64,000 nt of DNA from Promethearchaeota archaeon (GTDB lineage: Archaea; Asgardarchaeota; Thorarchaeia; Thorarchaeales; Thorarchaeaceae). A program made the position numbers and the translations under genes. The DNA lies in contig JBHLPF010000017.1 of the NCBI GenBank assembly GCA_048939765.1, positions 1 to 64,000 of the forward strand, read 5' to 3'. The notes under the pieces are model-generated. The model was not told the origin of the DNA. It searched no databases and saw only the letters and a program-made list of their open reading frames with translations. Below, in pieces: positions 40,115-48,693 of this stretch (position 1 is its first letter; each line of letters opens with the position of its first letter).

Positions 40115-40516
40115 CTATTCGCTTATCTCATCAGTCGGTGGCCTTTTTCTCAATTCTGAAATGGATGGAAGGGACTCATCGTCTTCAATGATCTCGAACC
40201 GTCCAGAGTGTCCAAGCGAGAGCTGCATCTTGCCCTGCCATTCTTTGGCCCAGCCGTCTGTGATCTTGATGACCAATCCAGCAGAAAGTGCGGCGCCTTG
40301 ACCAAAACCCCATAGACTCAGAATAGTGGTTCCGGTATGGTCAGCTACAAGGACCTCAGTGAGCTGTGTCTTGCGGCCTCCTCGAGCTCGAACAATTCGG
40401 GGGGGCGCAACTGAAACTACTCTTACAATTAGGTCAGATACATTCTTTCCTATTTCGACTTCATTCAGCTTCAAATGATTACCTCGCAGTGACTGCGTTT
40501 CCTCGAACGTGTACAC
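40115..40516 (-). CDS. Single OB-fold ssDNA-binding protein (crenarchaeal SSB/RPA-like); true start may be downstream
   Basis: VADHTGTTILSLW, KITDGWAKEWQGKMQLSLG. Confidence 0.85.
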   Translation of the reverse strand: MYTFEETQSLRGNHLKLNEVEIGKNVSDLIVRVVSVAPPRIVRARGGRKTQLTEVLVADHTGTTILSLWGFGQGAALSAGLVIKITDGWAKEWQGKMQLSLGHSGRFEIIEDDESLPSISELRKRPPTDEISE

Positions 40517-40565
40517 AATGGGTATACGGTCTCAGATGAGTCTTACGTGCAATTCAGAAATGAGT

Positions 40566-42320
40566 CTATGGATTCTCGTCACTTGACTCGTCTTCTGTTT
40601 TGTCGTCGGAAGAAGTACCTAGAATCGAATCTATCTCGAAAATTGCGTCCAAGTCCACTGAAGCTATGTCGGCAGAGGCCTTTTCTTTTCTGGATGGTTC
40701 GAATACATCAAGAATCAAATCTAATTCTTTCTTCAAATCATCATCCAGTTCTTTATCGACTTCCTCTTCTTCTCCGTTTACCGGGAGAACTTCGTCGTGG
40801 GAGAATGCTTCTAATGCGGTTTCAAGATCTTCTTTCGATACCTTCTCAATCTCAGCACTGATGATTTCATCAGCTTCCAAAGCCTCAAAGATGAGATCAA
40901 TAGCCATTTGGCGCCCATTGTCCTCAACAACCATTTCCTCTGCTGGCGACTCCTCAGGAACAAACTCAATGTTCACTTGATCTCCCGCATGTGAGATTGG
41001 CTCAGCCTCGACTTCCACTATTCCCAGTTCTTCTTCAGATGGCTCAGAGGCTTCTCCAGGAATCTCTTCGTCCACAGCAACTTCAGCTGTGACGTCCTCA
41101 ACCATTTCCACGTCAGGGACTTCGTGAAGCTCCATTGCGAGTTCATCCTCAAATAGCTCTTCGGCTTCTGCTTCTTCCTCTTCCGCAGCTTCATCTTGTG
41201 CGGCTTCAATTGCCTCTGTTTCTTCAGGCTCAGTCTCCTGTGGCGCCGCTTCATCAATCTCCTCAACAACTTCTTCGATTACCTCGTATTCCTCTGCGTC
41301 CTCTATTATATGACCATCCTCGTCGACGAGAATCTCCTCAACTACCTCAACTTCTTCGTAGTCCTCATCCTCTTCGTGCAAACGCGCAGCCCTGGCCTCC
41401 ACTTCTGCGATGGCATCCTCAGTTGCTTCATCTGCAAATCTCAGCAGTTGTCTAGCAGGTAGGTCTGGTAAGGCAACACCAACATATGTTGCAGCAGCGT
41501 TCATCAGAATCCGTAGCATCTCATCCCGTCTGCTCTTATCTATCGCCACCATTGGATAGGTGGGAACTCCGAGGATTTTCTGTACAACTTCAGGTTTCAT
41601 CACATTGGGCTTGTCCTGCTTATTCGCGATTGCAAACAAAGGCACCTTAGGAGCATCCCTTCTAATCAGTTTGAGAATATCCTTGCTGATAATAACATTA
41701 CGAAGGGAAGAGTCGCATACCAAGAATATGACGTCCGCACCGTGGAAGTAGAAGCGCCATAGTTTTCTGAAACGTTCCTGGCCTGCAAAGTCCCACAAGA
41801 CCAGGGAGTAGTTCCCGAAACGGATATTCTCCACTGTTTCAAGATTTAGAGCGATTGTTGGTACATACTGGGTTGGTGGTGTGTCTCCTAGAAGCAAGTG
41901 CAGAGTAGTTGTCTTTCCAACACCGCCCTCACCAACTAGAGCTATTTTGAGTTTAGTTATGATTGATGATTCAATAATGAATTCGTACTCATTTATCATT
42001 GTCTGTAGTCCGGACTGGAGTATTCGGTTCTTGATGGCTATCGCTCCATCTCGCAGCTTATCTGTGATTGCTCGTTCATCCTCATGCGCATCTGTCACAT
42101 AGACCAGCAAGAGGTCTTCGACTACTTCGGTCGCCATGTACTTGTCTTCATCAATGACAAGTGGTAGCTCGGTGAAACTATCGGGAGAAGATTCCTGAAT
42201 CTCACTCCTCGTTCCTAGAAACTCACGAATCTCGCTTTCTGGAACATCTATTGGCCAATACTTCGAGCTCGCAAGAATTTGGCTTGTGGATATGCGTATC
42301 AGGTAGGTCTTGATGATCAA
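40566..42320 (-). CDS. Arf-like small GTPase with N-terminal longin-like domain and long acidic C-terminal tail
   Basis: GEGGVGKTT, YVPTIALN, WDFAGQERFRKLWRFYF, ANKQD; about 290-aa Glu/Asp-rich tail. Confidence 0.88.
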   Translation of the reverse strand: MIIKTYLIRISTSQILASSKYWPIDVPESEIREFLGTRSEIQESSPDSFTELPLVIDEDKYMATEVVEDLLLVYVTDAHEDERAITDKLRDGAIAIKNRILQSGLQTMINEYEFIIESSIITKLKIALVGEGGVGKTTTLHLLLGDTPPTQYVPTIALNLETVENIRFGNYSLVLWDFAGQERFRKLWRFYFHGADVIFLVCDSSLRNVIISKDILKLIRRDAPKVPLFAIANKQDKPNVMKPEVVQKILGVPTYPMVAIDKSRRDEMLRILMNAAATYVGVALPDLPARQLLRFADEATEDAIAEVEARAARLHEEDEDYEEVEVVEEILVDEDGHIIEDAEEYEVIEEVVEEIDEAAPQETEPEETEAIEAAQDEAAEEEEAEAEELFEDELAMELHEVPDVEMVEDVTAEVAVDEEIPGEASEPSEEELGIVEVEAEPISHAGDQVNIEFVPEESPAEEMVVEDNGRQMAIDLIFEALEADEIISAEIEKVSKEDLETALEAFSHDEVLPVNGEEEEVDKELDDDLKKELDLILDVFEPSRKEKASADIASVDLDAIFEIDSILGTSSDDKTEDESSDENP

Positions 42321-42471
42321 TTAGGTTTCACCATCTAATTGGCAAATCATGGTTTATTTCCGATACTAAGATTAGCTTCGAATGCTATTTTAAAGCATTC
42401 ACGGTCAACCCTTCGTATTTGGCATTATGTTGCCTTATACAGAATTCTAACGTGGCAGAAACAGATAGACT

Positions 42472-42720
42472 GTGTTGGGACGCAGAGGCTCGCCAGGCGA
42501 CCCTCCGCATCCGTCGGGCCTTCAGGCTGAACGCAGCGAAAATTCTCTTTGCGCAAGTATTGTTTGCAAGGGGATTCATCCTCTTGAAGCGCATGCTCCA
42601 AGAGTCCAATGCTAGAACTCGTAAGGGACCGTGTGTTGTGAATGCGAGTTCTTTTGACGGGGAAGTCGTGCGTTCCGCGACAAAGGCAGCCCACACCATA
42701 CGGTGCGGACCAACCGACAC
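42472..42720 (-). ncRNA. Candidate about 250-nt multi-hairpin structured RNA
   Basis: Hairpins 42689-42710, 42614-42652, 42581-42604 and 42478-42512; three rely on G-U pairs on the - strand; ends can pair. Confidence 0.55.
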
Positions 42721-42865
42721 CTTGATGCTGTAACATAAGAAGCTTTCTGGTTTCCGAAATAACGAATAGACGGTTCATGAACGGATAGTGGCCCCAAAAA
42801 AGGGTGTTTGACAGACCAGCATTTGCTGAGGGGTATAGAACATGAAGTGGATTACGAAACTCCGC

Positions 42866-44005
42866 CTATCGTGGAAAGTTGTCCCTCAGAAGTCGCAGAT
42901 GGTGATGAACCATCTCCATCGCCCTTGGATCATCAGGAGTCTTCTCCAGATCAGTGACCAATGTCTGGAGGAAGTACTCAGGGAAGAAGAGCCTTACACG
43001 AATATCGTTGAGAAGGAACAGCCATTTGTCATATTCACCGGATGCTCCCTTTCTTCTTCGTTCCGAAACCACTCGATACTTCTTCAAGGTTTGAATAGCC
43101 TGCTTTAGTTCCTTGGGAGGAATGCCAAGGGTGGCTTCGAGCTCGGAGATGTTTACGGGTCTACGCCTGAGCTCATTCAGAGTGTCGTAGCAGTCTGGAT
43201 CTGCAAGAATAGATGCTACGGATACGGTATCCTCAGGTGTCTTTTGCCATTCTGTAAGGAACTCAAGGACCTCTGACTTGTACTCCGCAGTGAGTTCGGG
43301 ATCAAGCACAGATCCTGCAGATTCCATTGCCAGCAACGGAGGAGCGCGAAACACCTCAAGATCCTTTATCATGAATACACAGGTTCGGCCGATTTCATCG
43401 ACCCATTCACTCTTTACAAGACCTAGCTCTTCGAATGGAGCGATGATTGAATCGACCGAAACGCTAGGTAGACCGGTAACCATCTTGAGCCATTCCTCAA
43501 GATCCTCTTTGGAGATGCCTCCCTTCCAGAGTTTTGGGAAGACCGCTCGTGAAATCTCATCCGAAAAGAGACGGGCAAGTCGTGACTCATCAGTCATGCC
43601 AGCCAGTCGAATAATCCGTCTGTATGTGTTGTCGAGCTCTGTCTTGAGCTCTGCATCAGTCATCGCAACAACAGCATTCGTTAGCGGGGATACAATTGAA
43701 GTAATTGCAGCCTCGTAGACCTTAGGATCTTCAGAGGGGGTCAGTAGCAAACTGATACAGTATTGCTCCTCCTCTCTTACAATCCCAGTATAGTAGGAGG
43801 CTACATTGTATTCTTCTCCTCCAATGCGAACACTGAGGGATGAGAAACCAGCTGTGGCGTCACCCATAGCGTGCGAGGTGAATATTCTCATGATCTCGGT
43901 GTTCAAGTCTTCTCGGTAATAGTCCGCGAAGTCGGCTGGAACCTTGGCCTTCAGCACTGCGCCAATTTTACTGTCCCAGTCGATCAAGAGCATGGCAACG
44001 GGCAT
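42866..44005 (-). CDS. Longin/uDENN-like domain protein with C-terminal winged helix
   Basis: N-terminal LLIDWDSKIGAVLKAKVP (uDENN/longin-type hairpin), QYCISLLL strand; C-terminal ISELEATLG...AIQTLKKYRVV. Confidence 0.6.
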   Translation of the reverse strand: MPVAMLLIDWDSKIGAVLKAKVPADFADYYREDLNTEIMRIFTSHAMGDATAGFSSLSVRIGGEEYNVASYYTGIVREEEQYCISLLLTPSEDPKVYEAAITSIVSPLTNAVVAMTDAELKTELDNTYRRIIRLAGMTDESRLARLFSDEISRAVFPKLWKGGISKEDLEEWLKMVTGLPSVSVDSIIAPFEELGLVKSEWVDEIGRTCVFMIKDLEVFRAPPLLAMESAGSVLDPELTAEYKSEVLEFLTEWQKTPEDTVSVASILADPDCYDTLNELRRRPVNISELEATLGIPPKELKQAIQTLKKYRVVSERRRKGASGEYDKWLFLLNDIRVRLFFPEYFLQTLVTDLEKTPDDPRAMEMVHHHLRLLRDNFPR

Positions 44006-44140
44006 CTTTCTATCTCCGGTCCCTGTATAGACTGGTCTATAGGAGCTAGTCTGAGACGTTCAACGGTGAGTGCCTAAAAAAGCTTGTCACTAGATGCTCC
44101 GCATAACCCTATGGGGCTCCCTTTTGGAGCCATTTGGACC

Positions 44141-44803
44141 TCAAGTTTGACCATTTTTCTGCTTCTGGATGTACTCCGTGATATGATAATGTACCTCGGC
44201 AGTCACAAGCTCTATTGATCTCCTTGCATCAATGAAGACGAAATTGCCTATGTCCTCCTCAGTCATCTCAAGGTATGCCCGTCGAACCCTGACCAAACGA
44301 TCATATTGCTCAAACTGCGCATTGAGGCTGCCTTTTCTTTCGCTGACTCTTTTCAGGCCCATTTCAACTGGCACATCAAGAATAAACACGATGTCAGGCT
44401 CTGGGGCGGATATCTCCTCTCGATTCCGCCTCAAGATGTCCTTCCAATGCAATCCAGTGCTTGCAGACTGATATGCTCCAGTTGCAAAGAAATACCGGTC
44501 CATGAGGATAATCTTCCCTGATTCTAGAGCTGGTAGAATACGATTTTGGACGTGCCATTCTCTGTCACGAATAAACAACTCCAGCTCTTCTTCCGGGGTG
44601 AGTTCACCCTTTAGAGACCGTGCCCGAATCTCTTGACCCCAATCACTCTCATCTGTTGGCTCTCTAAGCCTCTTGACATCATAGCCTTCATCAATCATAG
44701 CATCAATTAGTCGGTCGCATACGGCCGTTTTTCCAGCACCATCCACGCCCTCTAGGACAAAAAGCATACCTTTCACAGTTGAGATTACTCCTATGTCATG
44801 CAT
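44141..44803 (-). CDS. tmk: Thymidylate kinase; start possibly 44776 or 44767
   Basis: EGVDGAGKT, REP, DR..H, MDRYF, AYQ, PDIVFILD. Confidence 0.95.
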   Translation of the reverse strand: MHDIGVISTVKGMLFVLEGVDGAGKTAVCDRLIDAMIDEGYDVKRLREPTDESDWGQEIRARSLKGELTPEEELELFIRDREWHVQNRILPALESGKIILMDRYFFATGAYQSASTGLHWKDILRRNREEISAPEPDIVFILDVPVEMGLKRVSERKGSLNAQFEQYDRLVRVRRAYLEMTEEDIGNFVFIDARRSIELVTAEVHYHITEYIQKQKNGQT

Positions 44804-44933
44804 TGAATTCCCGGACTCGCTCCTGTATTAGATGCTTCGGTGATGTAATATGTCCGGATAGCACCATCTACTCACCCATGAGTAGCTTCCTATCGCCATA
44901 CAATGTTTATTAGGAACATGAATCAGTATTCAT

Positions 44934-45141
44934 GTGAGAACCAAGGGGATCTCAAGGTATTCTCTCGACGTGGACACTCGAGGTGAGAAATCGGTAGGGC
45001 ATCCCCCTCCCATGTAACAAACTGCGATAGCGACTTGCGTCCAACCGCGTTCGTTCGTTCTTTGGGTCCCCTTTATAGGGGGGCCAAGGTCCCCTTGCAG
45101 AGTTCTCATGCCCCCGATTCGCTATGTCGTGTGTCCACGAC
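44934..45141 (+). ncRNA. Candidate pseudoknotted RNA or riboswitch-like leader of the cobalamin uptake locus
   Basis: Long closing helix, internal hairpins, three loop-to-3'-tail complementarities; TTTATTA at 44906-44912. Confidence 0.6.
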
Positions 45142-45191
45142 CCAATTCAAATCAAAGGTCAAATCAGGAATGTTTATTTGTCAACAACTTG

Positions 45192-45213
45192 TAGGATAGG
45201 TTAACCTATCCTA
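45192..45213. promoter_or_regulatory. Perfect 22-bp palindrome, probable repressor operator
   Basis: TAGGATAGGTT|AACCTATCCTA between a TTTATT box (about 45173) and GTG start 45222. Confidence 0.7.
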
Positions 45214-45221
45214 GGGATTGA

Positions 45222-45746
45222 GTGGGCTTGAACCGTCTGAGAATATTGATGCTTGTCATTGTATTAATGGTGATTCCTGTAGGCGCTTCGAGCCACAATG
45301 TTGCCATTTCGCACTATCTTGGACCAAATGCTAGTGGCGTATCGCTGCATATCGACTACGGTAATGGGACCACATCTACCCATACCGAGGTTGAAGGGCT
45401 GACTGTTCTAGACATCACTGAATCCGTGGCAATAGTTCAAGTGGACTGGACTGGCGATCTTGCCTTTGTATATTCAATCAATGGAGTGTCCAGTAAGGAA
45501 GAAACAGGACTCTGGTGGCAGTTTTGGGTCAACGGTGAATTCTCTTCAGTCGCAGCTAACCTCTATGAGGTTCAGGAGAACGATACGATAATCTGGAGAT
45601 TCACTGACTCCCAAGTGGAACCTCCATCGACCACAACGCCTGAGAACCCTGGACGGTATGCACCACTTGCTGTTGCGTCTGTTGGACTTGGATCTCTGGG
45701 AGTAGGTTTCTTGGCAGCCCTCTACCTAATGAGAAGGAGGAACTGA
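45222..45746 (+). CDS. DUF4430 (transcobalamin C-terminal-like, CbrS-like) membrane-anchored protein
   Basis: TVLD, FVYSINGV, WWQFWVNG...VAANLY...DTIIWRF; signal peptide and C-terminal TM. Confidence 0.85.
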   Translation: MGLNRLRILMLVIVLMVIPVGASSHNVAISHYLGPNASGVSLHIDYGNGTTSTHTEVEGLTVLDITESVAIVQVDWTGDLAFVYSINGVSSKEETGLWWQFWVNGEFSSVAANLYEVQENDTIIWRFTDSQVEPPSTTTPENPGRYAPLAVASVGLGSLGVGFLAALYLMRRRN

Positions 45747-45754
45747 TAACAGAT

Positions 45755-46501
45755 ATGAAGAAACAAGCCAGTCCATTCTTTCTTATTGTGCTTTTCCTCA
45801 TCGCGCCAGCTACAGGAACTCCAACGGATTACAATCCGAATCTTATGCCAAGGGATTCCGTCCCCACTAGAATAACTTGGAATGTAATAGAGGCTCCTGA
45901 AGCAGCATTTTCCTTATGGTTCTCAGGGACAGGGAATTGGCTGGCTCAGGAAGGCAGTCAAATGACATTCAATATTACCGGTATCAATAGCGACGTAGAG
46001 GGGCAATTGGAACTTGGTAATGTCACCTTGACATCAAATGATACAAACATAGCCAAGGATCTAACGCTGGGGGTGTGGGGCCTCACTCCCTGGCATCCAG
46101 GCCTAGTAGTGAAAATTGGAGATATCAACCTTGAGAGTCTGAACCAGACTGCATTCGCTGCTGCCGAGAGAGTTGCAGGCAACTATCTAAATGGTACAAT
46201 GGAGTCATCCTTTGAACCTGTGGAATCTAATGGAAGACTGTATGATTGTATTGTCTTTCAATATGAACAGGATCCTACAGGCTTTGGAGAACCGCAAATG
46301 ACCACTCTTGCTTATGATACTGAAACGGGAGTTCTTGTAAAAGCCAACACGAGCTACTCATTTGGTGTTCCCTATATCCTGATTCTTGGGCTCGAAGGAA
46401 TTCATATTCCCGGAGTGGACCCAATCCTTGTCTGGGCAGGATTCGCGATTGCTGGAGTGGTGCTAATCATAGTTACTGTTGTCATTAGAACCAGAAGATA
46501 G
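45755..46501 (+). CDS. Hypothetical exported protein with C-terminal membrane anchor
   Basis: Signal peptide, YDTETGVLV beta-rich region, C-terminal TM plus RTRR. Confidence 0.8.
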   Translation: MKKQASPFFLIVLFLIAPATGTPTDYNPNLMPRDSVPTRITWNVIEAPEAAFSLWFSGTGNWLAQEGSQMTFNITGINSDVEGQLELGNVTLTSNDTNIAKDLTLGVWGLTPWHPGLVVKIGDINLESLNQTAFAAAERVAGNYLNGTMESSFEPVESNGRLYDCIVFQYEQDPTGFGEPQMTTLAYDTETGVLVKANTSYSFGVPYILILGLEGIHIPGVDPILVWAGFAIAGVVLIIVTVVIRTRR

Positions 46502-46512
46502 AATGGAGTTGC

Positions 46513-47118
46513 ATGGAATTGCAGATGGAGATCAATCAGCAGGCGTCGATAGCACGAAGCCGCCAAGTCGCCATAACTGCAATCATGACTGCTCTCGCAC
46601 TGGTGGGCAACTATGTCTTTGTTGCTATACCCAATGTAGAACTAGGTTCCGGGATTCTCTTTGTGACGGCGTACCTATTTGGATTCCAGACTGGCGCTTC
46701 ATGTGCAGTGCTGATGGCCATCATTTTTGGCTCAATAAACCCTTGGGGAGGCCTTGTACCACAAATCTGGCTAACACAAGTCATAGGATGGTTATACATT
46801 ACTGCTGCAGGTGCTCTAATGGGGAGAGATAGGCATGGATTTAGTCACTCTATGAGAGATGTATGGATACTTGGATTCATGGGAGCATTCCTGACATTCT
46901 TCTTTGATATGCTCACGAATCTTGGCTATTCATGGGCGTTTGGAATACCGTATTGGCTTGCTATTGTTTCAGGATTTCCCTTCATGGTCGTTCATATAGT
47001 ATCAAATGCCATAATCTTTGGAGCTGTGGCGCCCCGACTGGACATAATAATCCGGAGCCAATTCTCGTCACAAATATGGAGTACTGAAACAGAAATATTG
47101 GGGCTGAGCGAAGAGTAA
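46513..47118 (+). CDS. ECF transporter S component, CbrT (cobalamin)-like
   Basis: AITAIMTAL (AxxxA motif), IPNVE, six TM helices, HIVSN. Confidence 0.8.
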   Translation: MELQMEINQQASIARSRQVAITAIMTALALVGNYVFVAIPNVELGSGILFVTAYLFGFQTGASCAVLMAIIFGSINPWGGLVPQIWLTQVIGWLYITAAGALMGRDRHGFSHSMRDVWILGFMGAFLTFFFDMLTNLGYSWAFGIPYWLAIVSGFPFMVVHIVSNAIIFGAVAPRLDIIIRSQFSSQIWSTETEILGLSEE

Positions 47119-47141
47119 AAAGTGAGCCTGGATAGAAGAGT

Positions 47142-47789
47142 TTGGAGCGTCCTAGCGTGTCTTGGAAAGAGAAATTCATTCAGCTTGTAGGGGCAGCAGA
47201 TGGCAGAGTGGCTCCTGCATTCGGACCTCATCATGCAGCAGTGGCTTTGGTGATGATTGGACGTGAACAGCCACTCGGCAGATATGAGCTCTGCCAGAAT
47301 CTTTCTGTGGGAGAAGGAAGTGCGCGTACTCTTTTGAAGCGTCTAACAGAGTCTGGGTATATTTCTCCGGAAGGAAAGCAGGGGCAGAGGCTGACTGATA
47401 GAGGACAGGAGCTGTTTGAGGAGGTTTCTAAGGAAGTCCCTATAGGCCTATTTCTTGATGCACCAGCTCTTGTCATGCATAAGAATGCATATGCAAATCT
47501 CATCAGAAACAAGGGCGATGACGTGAAGGACGGGATTAGGCAAAGAGATGAAGCTATCATTCAAGGAGGAGGATATGATAGTGCAGGAGCTACTACTCTG
47601 ATTATGAGAAATGGCTCTATTGTCATGCCGCCAGATGACTTTCATACACTCATTGAGTATGAGAGAGAGACTCTTCTAATTCTTGAGAGCTTAAGACCTG
47701 AAGAAAATGATGTCATTATCATTGGGTCAGCAGACGACCCCAATCTCGCGCGCGAAGTTGCAATGGCAGCTGTTATGACGCTTTTCTGA
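47142..47789 (+). CDS. wHTH transcriptional regulator (DUF4443/DUF2111-like)
   Basis: PLGRYELCQNLSVGEGSARTLLKRL HTH, GIRQRDEAI, GATTL. Confidence 0.8.
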   Translation: MERPSVSWKEKFIQLVGAADGRVAPAFGPHHAAVALVMIGREQPLGRYELCQNLSVGEGSARTLLKRLTESGYISPEGKQGQRLTDRGQELFEEVSKEVPIGLFLDAPALVMHKNAYANLIRNKGDDVKDGIRQRDEAIIQGGGYDSAGATTLIMRNGSIVMPPDDFHTLIEYERETLLILESLRPEENDVIIIGSADDPNLAREVAMAAVMTLF

Positions 47790-47800
47790 GAGGAATCAAT

Positions 47801-48628
47801 ATGCAGATGGACCTGTTCGGGAATGTCCCTCAAGTTGTGATAGATGTCCATGAAACGGGCGGAAAACGAACAAATGCAGTCAAACAACTAATGAGCATGC
47901 TTGACAAGGAAGAGATTTCCTACACTGTAGAGAAAATACCTATTGGAGACGTTTTGGGACCTGAAGGGATTGCAATAGAGAGAAAGACAGTATCTGACCT
48001 TGTCAACACCCTAAAGGGCAGTGCAGCTGGAGTACCTCGATTCACGAAGCAGATGGACGCACTTCTCAAGTACGACAAGCCGTATCTTCTGATTGAGAAT
48101 ATTCTAGCAATTCGACGCGATCCACTGAAAGGCTGTGTATATGTGCCATTCAAGACAAAGCAGACAAAGGGACGGCCTTACGTTGTCACAATGGAGAGGG
48201 CAAATTACATTCACCCAAGCGCTCTGGATGCCCTGATTGAAAGCGTACAGGAAAAAGGAATCAAGGTAATCTCAGGGTTTAACGCCTCACATTCTGCGGG
48301 ATTGCTATTCGGCATAATCACTGAGCAGACAGAGAATGAAGACGGAAAAGGAAGAAGGCTTCCAGTAATCAGAACTCGAAAAGGGCTGGACTCAGTTGAG
48401 GATGAGCAGGAGTTCTTTGTAGCCGGATTTCCCGGCATCAATGTCGTTCGAGCAAGAAGTTTGCTGGAGAGATTTGGGTCTCCTTTTGAGATCGTCACTC
48501 GCACTGATGAGTGGACTAAGCTACCTGGAATAGGACCAAAGACAGTCGAGTCAGCTAAGAAATTGCTCTACTCAGATTATGTGCCACCAAAGGACAATGA
48601 TGAGAAGATAGATGAGGAAGAGGGCTAG
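47801..48628 (+). CDS. xpf: Short XPF/ERCC4 structure-specific endonuclease with HhH2
   Basis: IDVHE, IGD, IERKTVSDL, FPGIN and LPGIGPKT HhH; no helicase domain. Confidence 0.88.
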   Translation: MQMDLFGNVPQVVIDVHETGGKRTNAVKQLMSMLDKEEISYTVEKIPIGDVLGPEGIAIERKTVSDLVNTLKGSAAGVPRFTKQMDALLKYDKPYLLIENILAIRRDPLKGCVYVPFKTKQTKGRPYVVTMERANYIHPSALDALIESVQEKGIKVISGFNASHSAGLLFGIITEQTENEDGKGRRLPVIRTRKGLDSVEDEQEFFVAGFPGINVVRARSLLERFGSPFEIVTRTDEWTKLPGIGPKTVESAKKLLYSDYVPPKDNDEKIDEEEG

Positions 48629-48693
48629 CTCGCAAGTTTTAAAAAGTGAAACTATTCTATGGCGATATAATACCTAGGAGAAGGTGCTATCTC

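Noticed and set aside
42339-42797. Several 60-117 aa ORFs on both strands
   Set aside because: Atypical composition, mutually overlapping, no RBS; the region is dominated by hairpins
42472-45141. RNase P RNA, SRP RNA or tRNA-Sec as the identity of the structured elements
   Set aside because: Conserved RNase P CR-I/CR-V, the SRP helix-8 motif and a UCA anticodon cloverleaf were not found by eye
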